This document shows positions 7,543 to 16,858 of a stretch of DNA of 57,706 bases, in pieces. The stretch lies in the IMG/VR virus record IMGVR_UViG_3300032233_002069, positions 1 through 57,706 of that record; one strand, written 5' to 3'. The position numbers and the translations under genes were made by a program. Source of the stretch: a virus (lineage: Duplodnaviria; Caudoviricetes). Positions within the stretch are counted from its first letter, which is position 1, and each line of letters opens with the position of its first letter. Under the pieces are notes generated by a model. That model did not search any database. It saw only the letters and a list, made by a program, of their open reading frames with translations, and was not told where the DNA came from.

Positions 7543-9398
7543 TTCTTGCCTCCATACGTCGCGATAGACCAATTCTCGCCACCACCGACATCCAGCTTGA
7601 AAGGCACCCGGAGATTGAATGGGTCCGACTGGACATCGACGAACATATTTCTGAGATCCGCCATAATGCGGGTGCTACGCTCATCATCCGCGCCCTGCCA
7701 AAGAAAGCTGTCGTGGATAGTCATCAGCAGTTGCACCGTGTCGCCTTCTGCCTCCAGCATACGGTCGGCATCGAGCAGCTTCTTCTTGACGATATCAGCA
7801 TTTCCGCCCTGAATGATGCGGCTGGTGGCTTTGTAAGCGAATCGGGCATCATCGAGCCTGCAGACCCTGCCCAGCAGCGTAAACACGTAGCCACGCGAGA
7901 GCATGGCCTGCTTGGCTTGGCGCTGAAAGCCGGGTATACCAGGAAAGACTGCCATCCAAGCATCGAACATTTCGCGAGCTTTGTCCTCGCTCCATCCCAT
8001 GTGCTGGGAGAAGCTCTTCTGCTGCATCCCGGTGAGCAGCCCCATGTTCATGCGCTTGGCTACCGTGTCGCGATCGACACCCAGCATGTCTGCTGCGACG
8101 CGATGCATATCGCGTGGTGGCTCGGAGCTGTAGCCCTCCACCAGGGCCGGTTCACGAGCGTAGTGGGCAAATAGGCGAGGTTCGCATTGGCTATAATCGC
8201 CCTCGAAGATCGTCATGCCTTCGTCAGGCACGAAGATCGACCGGAAGAGCTTGCCCAATTCCTTATTGTGCTTCGGTACCTGCTGCATATTTGGATTGGA
8301 GCAGGAGAATCGCCCGGAGATGGTGCCGAAACCGTCGATAGCGGTAGCATGAAGCGAGGGGTGCACTCGCCCCTTGAAAGCATGCCGCTCCATCAGTGGA
8401 TTAAGAAAGCTGTTGATGAGATTGGTGGATTCGCGGATGGCGACGATGCGCCTCCCCTCCTCGAAAGTGCTGAGCCACTTTTCGGTGAAGGAGGGCTGAC
8501 CCTGAGGAAAGCGCTTGCTAGGTTCGGTCAAAGGCCAATCGGTGTGGCCCAAGTCCTCGCAATATTTCCGCATATCGGAAGGCGACCTCACATTGAAGCC
8601 TTCCGGCAAACAAGACACGAAATCGGAGATGCGCCCTTCAAGCTCGCGCCTCACTTCGTCCGCCCTATTCGAATCGATGCGAATACCACGACGCTCGATA
8701 CGGAACACGGTCCGGATGAGATCCGACTCTAGCTGCCAGACCCTGCTCATATCCACCGGCTGAGAATCCCGGTCGCGACGCTGGTCTTGCCACACTTCGA
8801 ATGTGGTGATGCCGTCACCGGCTGCGTAATCCATCGCCAGAGCGTCATTACCTGGGAGACGCCAGAAATGTGCCATCTGGTCGCGCTTGGCTGGACCGCC
8901 AAATTTCTGCGCTATGTGTGCATAAAGCTCGTCGCCCTTCTTCGCGGTCACTCCGCGCCGGGTCGCGCAATCACTCAGGCCGAATCCGTTAGCATGCTCG
9001 TCGAGCAACGCTTCGTTGGTCTGGGTGCATTCAAGCTGCCGGTTGAGAAACACACCTGCGTTGGCCGAGAAATGCAAATCGAACTTGAGATTGTGACCGA
9101 TCGTCAGCAGCCCTCGCCGGTCCCGCTCAGCGAAAGCAGCAGCCAGCTCCTTCTCGAAACGATGAATGACGATAGCGTCTTCGGTCGAGGACAACGGCGG
9201 CACATTGATATCGAGGAGGTTCCCCCCTCCCCCGTGTCTAATCGGGATATACACGGAAGAGGAGGGATCAGGGGTAAACACGTATCCTATAGGCTGATTA
9301 CGCTTCCAATCGACACCAGATGTTTCGGTGTCGAACGCCAGAACAGGGGCCTCTGTCACCCATCTCAGCGCTCTTTCCGCGTCTTCAGCTATAGTCAT
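7539..9398 (-). CDS. dpoZ: Family A DNA polymerase with 3'-5' exonuclease, DpoZ candidate
   Basis: Exo FDTET, HNLKFD, YAAGD; pol SGRFSCSNPNMQQ, DYSQCEPR, AKRMNMGLLTG, IQGGNAD, TIHDS; inside the purZ cluster. PolA call is strong, the dpoZ label is contextual. Confidence 0.8.
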   Translation of the reverse strand: MTIAEDAERALRWVTEAPVLAFDTETSGVDWKRNQPIGYVFTPDPSSSVYIPIRHGGGGNLLDINVPPLSSTEDAIVIHRFEKELAAAFAERDRRGLLTIGHNLKFDLHFSANAGVFLNRQLECTQTNEALLDEHANGFGLSDCATRRGVTAKKGDELYAHIAQKFGGPAKRDQMAHFWRLPGNDALAMDYAAGDGITTFEVWQDQRRDRDSQPVDMSRVWQLESDLIRTVFRIERRGIRIDSNRADEVRRELEGRISDFVSCLPEGFNVRSPSDMRKYCEDLGHTDWPLTEPSKRFPQGQPSFTEKWLSTFEEGRRIVAIRESTNLINSFLNPLMERHAFKGRVHPSLHATAIDGFGTISGRFSCSNPNMQQVPKHNKELGKLFRSIFVPDEGMTIFEGDYSQCEPRLFAHYAREPALVEGYSSEPPRDMHRVAADMLGVDRDTVAKRMNMGLLTGMQQKSFSQHMGWSEDKAREMFDAWMAVFPGIPGFQRQAKQAMLSRGYVFTLLGRVCRLDDARFAYKATSRIIQGGNADIVKKKLLDADRMLEAEGDTVQLLMTIHDSFLWQGADDERSTRIMADLRNMFVDVQSDPFNLRVPFKLDVGGGENWSIATYGGKK

Positions 9399-9427
9399 GT
9401 TAGCCCCTAGTCGTTATAATGGTAGAA

Positions 9428-10294
9428 TCAGTATTCGCCGCTGGTAGAACCACCGGTCGAGCTTGGCTCCGCGTCCTCACCGGCAATATCCGCCTCATCG
9501 CGCGATTTAAGACCGCCGAAACGCTTCTGCAAATCGACTGCCTGCTTAAATTCGCCCTCGCTCGCCCAGCCAGCACTCGTGAACTTCACGTTGAAGTAGC
9601 TGCCTTCCTGGCCCTGCTCTTCGACCGCTTCAGCGCGGAAGCGAAGCGCTTGCATTGGGCGACCGGCATTGCCGTGAAGCATGATCTTCGGGTAAAGCTC
9701 GCGGCGCACTTTCTTTACTTGACTCCGCGCGAACGTGAAGAATGTCGGGCCAAGATCCGGAAAATCTGGCAGGATTACCAGATGCTCATACATGAGGACC
9801 GCAGCAGGGGGGCTATCTGGGTCATCCGGATTGAAAGTGCCGAACTGTGCCAGCCCGGATTCCTCGACCGTAGGGCGGAGGTTCCAGACAACTGGCTTCT
9901 TTACATTCTTAAGCTTAACTTCGAAGCTGCCCTCGGACGGCGCCCAATTCACACCGTCCTCAGCGCGAGCCAGGACACCGCGACCGTCCGTGAGCGGCGC
10001 CATGAGAAGATACTTCTTCCGATTGGCGCAGATGATGAAGTCCACGGAGCGTCCGAGAGGCATGTCGAAGCCGGTGTGCCAGAAGACACCGGGTGTAGCA
10101 TCATCGAATGTGCTCACCGCCTCGCTTACCGCTTGGAGAAGGCGAATGGACGGCAGCGCGACGTCAGATTGGTCCACACCCGACAGCTGACTCCCTTGGG
10201 CCGCGCCCTGCAGGTAAGCTGGGATGTTGGACGATGCCGCAGCGACCGGCAGATTTTCCGGTTCAGCAGCACGAGTTACAGCGTTTTTAGCCAT
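9428..10294 (-). CDS. Putative ssDNA-binding/recombination protein
   Basis: DVALPSIRLLQAVS...PG motif, acidic C-terminal tail ending in Y; position in the replication module. Confidence 0.5.
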   Translation of the reverse strand: MAKNAVTRAAEPENLPVAAASSNIPAYLQGAAQGSQLSGVDQSDVALPSIRLLQAVSEAVSTFDDATPGVFWHTGFDMPLGRSVDFIICANRKKYLLMAPLTDGRGVLARAEDGVNWAPSEGSFEVKLKNVKKPVVWNLRPTVEESGLAQFGTFNPDDPDSPPAAVLMYEHLVILPDFPDLGPTFFTFARSQVKKVRRELYPKIMLHGNAGRPMQALRFRAEAVEEQGQEGSYFNVKFTSAGWASEGEFKQAVDLQKRFGGLKSRDEADIAGEDAEPSSTGGSTSGEY

Positions 10295-10308
10295 GATTGA
10301 GGTCCTCC

Positions 10309-10809
10309 TTAGACCTTGGTGCGAGACATGTGTTGAATGGTGGACAGCTTAAACAGCTCAGCGGGCAGATCTTGCCCTTGTTCGAGCACATACTCGGAAG
10401 CGAACTTCGACAATGTGCTAGAATTCACAGTGGGGACGATGATATCGCCGTGACCTTCTTCGCGCAGCCACTCCATGGCGCGCTCCTTATCGGTCATCGA
10501 CGCGGTAATCCGGGTGTTTACCGTAAATCGTGCACCCAGCTCCTTCATCGTGAGGGTGGATACACCCTCCTCCTGGAAGCGTTGCGGCAAGACCGTTACG
10601 CTCAAAAGCTGCAGCGCTTTTGACATAGCCTTGCCCACTTCCTCTATCCGGTCGTCGAGATTGCGAATCGCGTCATACAACGCGCATGTGTTGGCGAGAG
10701 TGCCAGCTTCCTTGATCGTGTCGGGCAAGGAAGAGACGAGAAGTTCGACCTCCTCTGATGTCTCCCGGATTCGCTCACTGAGATTCGAGAATTTCGCCAC
10801 GTAGTCCAT
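10309..10809 (-). CDS. Replication-module protein of unknown function
   Basis: ORF track; GGAGG RBS. Confidence 0.7.
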   Translation of the reverse strand: MDYVAKFSNLSERIRETSEEVELLVSSLPDTIKEAGTLANTCALYDAIRNLDDRIEEVGKAMSKALQLLSVTVLPQRFQEEGVSTLTMKELGARFTVNTRITASMTDKERAMEWLREEGHGDIIVPTVNSSTLSKFASEYVLEQGQDLPAELFKLSTIQHMSRTKV

Positions 10810-10846
10810 TTGTCCTCCTATAAAGGCCGCTTATCGGCCTATCCAC

Positions 10847-10875
10847 AATAGATCACACAGAGCTTTGCGGCACAA
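10847..10875 (-). promoter_or_regulatory. Degenerate copy of the repeated promoter (TTGTGC-17-TCTATT)
   Basis: Same spacing and TGTG extended -10; upstream of the replication/Z operon. Confidence 0.45.
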
Positions 10876-10902
10876 TCCCCTTGTCGCGTAAGCATCTTGT
10901 AT

Positions 10903-11310
10903 TCACAGAGGGTTTCCGTCGCGGTCTTCGACCGGCTGGGAGAAGTCGTATTCGGTCATCACCTTCAGCCACGAATCCGGCGCATCGTGCCATACCCTCT
11001 TGCCGGTCTCGTCCATGGCATACAGACCACCGCGACGACGAGCGGCACCGCGCAGCGAATTGCCGATATTCATCGCCACTCGACCGCGACCCTTGGGCGT
11101 CGCCAGGGCAAAATCGATTCGATACTTGTCGGTCTGCTTAATGTTGTTAAGCTCGGCCATGGTGAGGAGCTTGTTCCAGCTCACGGCACTGACAATTTCA
11201 GCGTCCACGTAAGGCGGCAGATCCTCATCGTTTGCCGGAATCTCGACACGCTCCGACATCACGATTCGAGTGTGAGTGGCCAGGAATTCTTCGAACCAAT
11301 CATTGGTCAT
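10903..11310 (-). CDS. Hypothetical protein, shares a domain with 16859..17644
   Basis: GRVAMNIGNSLRG vs GRARMSIGNILRG. Confidence 0.7.
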   Translation of the reverse strand: MTNDWFEEFLATHTRIVMSERVEIPANDEDLPPYVDAEIVSAVSWNKLLTMAELNNIKQTDKYRIDFALATPKGRGRVAMNIGNSLRGAARRRGGLYAMDETGKRVWHDAPDSWLKVMTEYDFSQPVEDRDGNPL

Positions 11311-11312
11311 GG

Positions 11313-13706
11313 TTAATACTCCGCTTTTTCGATGTTGGGAACATTAGCTTCGGAGGTGTCGCTTAGTCCTCCAAATACTTTACCGTACTTTCGCTCCAGA
11401 TGTTCCAATATTCTCTCCATCGATGGGAAAGTGTACAGCCTCACCCTGCGACGTTGGGTGATATTCGTGTAAGAGTCGGTGACTGATACCGACCTTTGAC
11501 CGATCGATTCGATAGACGAATCGGGGAAGACACCCCTGATGGTCAACCAGACATTGCCGGTGTGCAGTGGCTTGCCTCGCTCGCGCACATACCGCCGGAA
11601 ATCCTCTTCTATCGCGGGCAGGTGAATGGTGTCCGGCCATCTGTCGGCGATCAGCATATTGGAGGTGGAATACTCGGCCTCTTTATCCATCTGGAAGCAC
11701 TGCCACCAATACTGGTGTACTTCTCCTGACAACGGGAAGCCATTTTGGAGCCTTTCGTTGAGCCACGACACCTCTAGTGGCACCCCAACCCCCTGCAGCA
11801 CTCGTTTGGCCTCCGTCGCGTAAGGACGACGTATCGAGGATTTATCATACTTCCGGTCCATGAGATACTTCGCGATCTTGGGCAGATTGTCCGCCGTCCA
11901 TTGGCGCAGGTTCTGCCAGTAGTTATTGTCCGAACTCCGCGCACCGGATACGTGCAGCACCGTGAAGCGACGCTCAGCCGGTGTGGCATCGATGAAGAGA
12001 GCAGCAGTCTCCTCGTTCGATGTAAACACGAACCGCATGTGATTGGGCTTCACGTAAGGATTTACGAACTTGGGTTCGATTCGCATCGTCTGGTCAGTCA
12101 CGAGGGCTTTTAGTCGAGCAGCAGTGTCGCGCTGGTAGCTATGCAATGCCTCGTCGCATTGGAGCAGCAACTTGTTGTCCACCAGCTGATTGAAGCGCTC
12201 GGTGAGGCTAGTGATCGAATTGGTCTGACCGTAGTGAGTCGGGCCTATGATCGCTCCTAGGACGCACTCGCCGAGAAAGGTCTTGCCTGCGCCCGGCATG
12301 CCGACCAGAACTAGCGAGGTGCCGGGTTTCTTCGCCGGGTCCTGCAAGACGTCAGCGCACCAATCGAGTACCCAATTCGCGGCTTTGTCGTCCTTATCGG
12401 CGACGACCTCGTGAACGTAGTCGAGGAAGGGTCTCACTTCGTCCTCGGTCACGTCCTCTGCTGGATCCACCTTGAATCCGCGCCACTGATTCACGTAGGC
12501 GCAGTCGTCGTGCTCGATCACGGTCTCGGTCGAGGAGGGATCGAATGTGACGCCAAATACGCGTCCGACCGCGAGCGACGAAAATAGGATGCTGGACACG
12601 GGGATCTTCTTGCCACCCAGCGTGAGCGATCTCCCGCCCATGCTGTTCTTGGCCTGCTCGCGTGTCATCCAGAACTGGCTCATCCCCCGCTCTACCATGT
12701 CGAGATCGATCAGCACCCCTTGACCATACCAAATGCGGAAGCGCTCGGCCAGCTCTTCGAATTCGAGTGTTCCGGCATCGTCGGCCATGAGGATATAGAG
12801 GTTCCTCACCACCTGAGGGCCGACTGGGCCGATCAGCTCAGCCAGACGGGTGGCACCGATCGCCTTCGATGAAGGGTCGCGGTCGAGCTTCCTCCAGGTG
12901 GAGTGTAGATTCATCACTCGCGATTTCACGTCGGCAGGATCGTCGTCGGCCAGAGTGGTGATGGTGCGTAGCAGACGCTCTGCGCGATCGAGTGCCTCGG
13001 ACGATCGCGGCGCCTCGCTGCCTGAGATCTCGGATGCCGAGAGGACGACCGAATACATGCGCCACAGAGCACCAGCCAGGGCCAAACTCATGTCGTTGCG
13101 AACGCCTTTCACCCAATACCTGGACAGCATAGCGGCAGCTGCTGCCATCCGCACTGCGTCCACCAGCTCGGGTGCGCGAACTTGGGTCGGCGACACGGAA
13201 GTGTCGAGCGTGTCCCAGGTATAGACTTCGCCTTCCGGGTGTATGCTGCCGGGCAGCACCGATACGAAACCCGCCGACTTCGTGCCTCCACGAACCTCGA
13301 CCGATAGACTGGTGTCCTCCACTTTCAGCGCCTTGATAGCGCGCAGCAGAGTCCCGAACTCGTCCCGGTTAAAATCCTGGTCCAGCACATAGAGCCTGTG
13401 GGAACGGGGTTTGCTGGCGCGACCCCAAACCAGGGAAGACGCTGGCAGACATAGGTCGAGTGCTTCGATGATCAGTGGCTCGAAAGTGTCCACATCAACA
13501 TCCACGATGCGACCGAACAGGTGGACCGCGATGTTGTCGTCGCCCAGATTGGTGAGGATCTTCTCGGGCATAGACGCTCGTCGCGGGTCCCAGTCACTAG
13601 TCGGCGCCTTCTGCCCAGCACGAATGCGCACCGGGTTGAGAGAGTAGGCTTTGATGACTTCGAGTGTGCGCTGCAAATGGTGGTCGCGACTGTTATTAGC
13701 TGTCAC
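11313..13706 (-). CDS. Primase-polymerase / SF3-like helicase fusion (DUF5906/NrS-1 type)
   Basis: N-terminal VDVDVD...SHRLY...LPGSIHP; GMPGAGKT, LLQCDE, FTSN, ERRF. Confidence 0.85.
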   Translation of the reverse strand: MTANNSRDHHLQRTLEVIKAYSLNPVRIRAGQKAPTSDWDPRRASMPEKILTNLGDDNIAVHLFGRIVDVDVDTFEPLIIEALDLCLPASSLVWGRASKPRSHRLYVLDQDFNRDEFGTLLRAIKALKVEDTSLSVEVRGGTKSAGFVSVLPGSIHPEGEVYTWDTLDTSVSPTQVRAPELVDAVRMAAAAAMLSRYWVKGVRNDMSLALAGALWRMYSVVLSASEISGSEAPRSSEALDRAERLLRTITTLADDDPADVKSRVMNLHSTWRKLDRDPSSKAIGATRLAELIGPVGPQVVRNLYILMADDAGTLEFEELAERFRIWYGQGVLIDLDMVERGMSQFWMTREQAKNSMGGRSLTLGGKKIPVSSILFSSLAVGRVFGVTFDPSSTETVIEHDDCAYVNQWRGFKVDPAEDVTEDEVRPFLDYVHEVVADKDDKAANWVLDWCADVLQDPAKKPGTSLVLVGMPGAGKTFLGECVLGAIIGPTHYGQTNSITSLTERFNQLVDNKLLLQCDEALHSYQRDTAARLKALVTDQTMRIEPKFVNPYVKPNHMRFVFTSNEETAALFIDATPAERRFTVLHVSGARSSDNNYWQNLRQWTADNLPKIAKYLMDRKYDKSSIRRPYATEAKRVLQGVGVPLEVSWLNERLQNGFPLSGEVHQYWWQCFQMDKEAEYSTSNMLIADRWPDTIHLPAIEEDFRRYVRERGKPLHTGNVWLTIRGVFPDSSIESIGQRSVSVTDSYTNITQRRRVRLYTFPSMERILEHLERKYGKVFGGLSDTSEANVPNIEKAEY

Positions 13707-13735
13707 GTGTTAACTCCCGACCCGGTGTATTGAGA

Positions 13736-13972
13736 TTAGTGCCAGACTATGCTTTCGGCTTCGCCCACTTCAGAGGGGTGCACCAAGACGATATGAGCGA
13801 AACCGCCTCCATCGTCGGCCTCGCATAACTTGCGATTGATATCCTCCGCTGGAAGGCCGGTCTTATATTCCAGGATCATCGCAAGCTCGCTGTAGTAGAA
13901 GCCCTTCTCTTGAAGGCACAGCTCCTCGAACACGAGATCCGCCAATTCGAGCAGCTCTTTATCCGTGATCAT
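13736..13972 (-). CDS. Hypothetical protein
   Basis: ATGA overlap with upstream ORF. Confidence 0.55.
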   Translation of the reverse strand: MITDKELLELADLVFEELCLQEKGFYYSELAMILEYKTGLPAEDINRKLCEADDGGGFAHIVLVHPSEVGEAESIVWH

Positions 13973-14283
13973 CCGCCGTGCTCCTTCTTGGACGCGATCG
14001 CCAGACGGATGTCGTCGAGCGTGTCTTTCAGCATGGCTGCTTCGTCCCGATTCTTGCGACGCATCGCGCCAATCAGCAGGCACCATGCCTCCAGTATCAC
14101 GACGCTGATCTCACCATCGTGCGGATCAGCATAGGCATTGTCGAGGTCGAAGATGTGACGCAGCATCATCTCCTGATTCGGCGAGAATCCAAGCTCATTG
14201 CAGACGGCACGAATATCGCGCTCCATAGAGGGATCGGCCTTGATGTAGCGGCGCATCAGCTGGGCGTGGTTCATGTGGCTCAT
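13969..14283 (-). CDS. Hypothetical protein
   Basis: AAGGAG RBS, promoter upstream. Confidence 0.65.
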   Translation of the reverse strand: MSHMNHAQLMRRYIKADPSMERDIRAVCNELGFSPNQEMMLRHIFDLDNAYADPHDGEISVVILEAWCLLIGAMRRKNRDEAAMLKDTLDDIRLAIASKKEHGG

Positions 14284-14307
14284 CGATATCTCTCCTTATC
14301 TTTGAGT

Positions 14308-14340
14308 ATTGTATCACAAGGCTCTTAGGCACACAATATA
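14308..14340 (-). promoter_or_regulatory. Repeated promoter copy (TTGTGT-17-TACAAT)
   Basis: Read directly. Confidence 0.7.
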
Positions 14341-14679
14341 CTTGGTGTTCAAGAATGTGCAGATATGCTGGCTGGCTCATCAGTGACCGGGAGCCTCCCG
14401 GCCAGACCCGGCATGCCGGGTTTCGCCTTTCATTTGTCGGCTGGTTTCGGCTCGTCGAGGTCCTTGAACTCGCAGCGATAGAGGTCGTTGTGCTTGTCGT
14501 AGAAGGCTCGTGCCGCGCGCTCGTTCTTAAATTTGGCGCGAGCTATGACCAGACGGTCATTCATGACTACCACTTCGTACATCTTCATCCTCCTCAGGTC
14601 AGACCAATTGCAAATGCGAAGCCATACATGACGGCTCCGAACAACACGATCTCAGCGATCTTTTCGATGGTCGCGCGCA

Positions 14680-14973
14680 TTAGCGGGTGCCTCCTTGCAG
14701 CAGAGTGTGAGATGTCCACTTGGTCGCATACTGGGTGTACTCGATCCGGTCGCGTTCCCAGTCTACGTTGCTCGATTGCCAGCCGACCGGCAGACCGAGA
14801 GCCTCCGCCCGGTGGGCTTCGTCGAAGATGGCAGCGTAGCCCATCCGCATCAGCTCATCGCGCTTGACCTGGGCATCCGCCAGAGTGAAGCTGCCCAGCA
14901 CCCGGCGCCATTCGCATTCGAGGGTGCCGCCGATGCGGTAGCTGACGACGTAGGACTTGGTGGTATTGGCCAT
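14680..14973 (-). CDS. Hypothetical early protein
   Basis: GGAGG RBS before ATG at 14973. Confidence 0.65.
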   Translation of the reverse strand: MANTTKSYVVSYRIGGTLECEWRRVLGSFTLADAQVKRDELMRMGYAAIFDEAHRAEALGLPVGWQSSNVDWERDRIEYTQYATKWTSHTLLQGGTR

Positions 14974-15017
14974 GGGAGTACCTCCGAGAGGGTGGAGGGC
15001 TTTCGCCCCCCTTAGGG

Positions 15018-15317
15018 TCAGAACGTGAAGAAGCCGGTGCAGAAGCCCAGGTAGCCACCGGAGCTGGTCGGACGACGGAGCAGCTCCGTCATGTTGATCG
15101 CGCCCACCCAGCGACCCCACGCCTCATTGTAGAACACGATGTATTGGGCGGCAGGGGCATCCGCGCGATTGTGAGCATCGAAATGAGTAGCGGCGTCCTG
15201 CGCCATCTTCGCGGTCGCCTTCTCGGCAGCTTCGCGAGTCGCGTAATTCTTGCAGGGAGTCTTATTGGTGGCGCGGTATTCTTCGATGTTGGCCATCAGG
15301 CAATTGATGATGTTCAT
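15018..15317 (-). CDS. Hypothetical early protein
   Basis: AGGAG RBS; promoter at 15360..15392. Confidence 0.7.
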   Translation of the reverse strand: MNIINCLMANIEEYRATNKTPCKNYATREAAEKATAKMAQDAATHFDAHNRADAPAAQYIVFYNEAWGRWVGAINMTELLRRPTSSGGYLGFCTGFFTF

Positions 15318-15322
15318 TTCGA

Positions 15323-15429
15323 GGTCTCCTGTCTCTACCGGGTTGATTCCCGTAAATCTTTTGTATCACAATGTTCTTACGCGCACAATATATTTCGTGA
15401 ATGTGCGCGTAAGCTGAATGTGCGGTGCA
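15323..15429 (-). repeat. ~110-bp promoter + 5'UTR + RBS block, copy 1 (TTGTGC-17-TACAAA)
   Basis: Near-identical segments to 16471..16574. Confidence 0.8.
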
Positions 15430-15432
15430 CAA

Positions 15433-15915
15433 TCAGACCCGCGTCGCGTCGGATCCCCACTTGCAGCCGGTGCGATAAGTCTCGATCCAGACGTTGCCGC
15501 CCAGGCCGGTGCCGTTGCTGGCGGTCTTGGCTGCAGCCGGTGCCAGCTCGCGCGCCTCATGCAGACCCAGCTTCTTCTGCACCCGCGAATTGTCGCCTTC
15601 CGGCAGGAACCTCCGCCCAAAGCGCAGGGCCTCGTCCTCGTTCAGCAGCCAGGACGGACCAAATTGGGTCTCGATCAGACGAGCAGTCACTCGCCGGTCG
15701 CCTTCGTACAGACCACGGAATTCAGACTTGCCACCATTGCGCAGGATCTGCGCTTGGCGACGACGCAGGTCGGCGGTGATGCCGCTCGCCCACTGCGTTA
15801 GGCACCCGTCCGTGTCGCTCCGTTCGAAGCTGTCATGGGCGCGCTGGACAGCTTCGCGAGCCTCGGCTTCCAGGGCTTCGGCTTGGGCGATGAGGTCAGT
15901 GGTGTTCATGTTCAT
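15433..15915 (-). CDS. Hypothetical early protein
   Basis: GGAG RBS before ATG at 15915. Confidence 0.7.
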   Translation of the reverse strand: MNMNTTDLIAQAEALEAEAREAVQRAHDSFERSDTDGCLTQWASGITADLRRRQAQILRNGGKSEFRGLYEGDRRVTARLIETQFGPSWLLNEDEALRFGRRFLPEGDNSRVQKKLGLHEARELAPAAAKTASNGTGLGGNVWIETYRTGCKWGSDATRV

Positions 15916-15931
15916 ATCTCCGGTTCGAGTG

Positions 15932-16144
15932 TCAGGCGCGAGCACGGCTGTCGGCCACATACTTGGCCCACATATCGTCGAGTCCGGTCCAGTCCTCCTC
16001 CTTCTTGGGCGGAGTCCAGATAATGGCAAAGAAGAGATCGTCGAATTCTTCCTGGGTCGTAGCCGCAGCCATAGCAGCCCTGTATTCCTGGACCTCCTCG
16101 CTGGTCAGGTCGGTTTCCAGGGTGCCTTCGGGATAACGCTTCAT
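15932..16144 (-). CDS. Small acidic hypothetical protein
   Basis: GAGGAG RBS. Confidence 0.6.
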   Translation of the reverse strand: MKRYPEGTLETDLTSEEVQEYRAAMAAATTQEEFDDLFFAIIWTPPKKEEDWTGLDDMWAKYVADSRARA

Positions 16145-16158
16145 ATCCGTGTCTCCTC

Positions 16159-16464
16159 TCACAGGCTCGCGTACAGGCCGGTCATGCTCTCGAATGTCTC
16201 GCGCAGCATGTCCACGTATACATCCTCGCGGGTCTCGATCTTGGTCATCTGCATCGCGCGCTTGCTATACTTCATAGACTCGACAGTATAGGTGTCGCTC
16301 GGGTCGAGACGGATCCGGAGGTGGGTCACACCCGACTTCGTGCCGCGAGGCAGGCGCATGGTCAGCGAATCCTCGCGACCCACAAAATCGCGCGCACCCG
16401 TAATTACCACAAAGCGGGTGCCGCCGAGCTGAGAGAGAATGGTGTTGGCTACTTGCATCGTCAT
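16159..16464 (-). CDS. Small early phage protein (ANTILSQLGG...DTY...DVY...TGL)
   Basis: AGGAG RBS, promoter upstream. Confidence 0.75.
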   Translation of the reverse strand: MTMQVANTILSQLGGTRFVVITGARDFVGREDSLTMRLPRGTKSGVTHLRIRLDPSDTYTVESMKYSKRAMQMTKIETREDVYVDMLRETFESMTGLYASL

Positions 16465-16470
16465 GTCCGT

Positions 16471-16574
16471 GTCTCCTGTCTCTACCGGCGTGAATGCCGT
16501 GACCTTTTGTATCACAATGATCTTACGCGCACAATATATTTCGTGAATGCGAATGCAAGCTGAATGTGCGGTGC
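16471..16574 (-). repeat. ~110-bp promoter + 5'UTR + RBS block, copy 2
   Basis: See 15323..15429. Confidence 0.8.
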
Positions 16575-16595
16575 AGCAAAGCACTCGAATCGAGG

Positions 16596-16814
16596 TCACC
16601 GATAGGACTTCTTCGACTTCATCAAATCGACTAGGTAGCAGACGCGAGCGTGTACGGCACAATAGGCGCCCATCACAGTGGGTGCCTCGCAGAATAGGCC
16701 ATTCGAAGGCTGATCATTCGCCCACATGGGATACCGGCATTGGGCGAAATAGATCTTTACTGGCTCCTTGGACGGAGATTTCGGATCCTCGACCGGCGGA
16801 TTCGTTTCATTCAT
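16596..16814 (-). CDS. Small GcrA C-terminal-like Cys/His protein (CRYP...FC...YC..HAR..Y)
   Basis: Pattern resembles the C-terminal domain of alphaproteobacterial GcrA regulators. Confidence 0.55.
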   Translation of the reverse strand: MNETNPPVEDPKSPSKEPVKIYFAQCRYPMWANDQPSNGLFCEAPTVMGAYCAVHARVCYLVDLMKSKKSYR

Positions 16815-16840
16815 TTGCTCGATCTCCTCACGAATGAGAA

Positions 16841-16858
16841 GGAGGGCCTAAGCCCTCC
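16841..16858 (-). terminator. Hairpin ggagggc-ctaa-gccctcc, putative terminator
   Basis: Perfect 7-bp stem immediately after the stop of 16859..17644. Confidence 0.5.
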
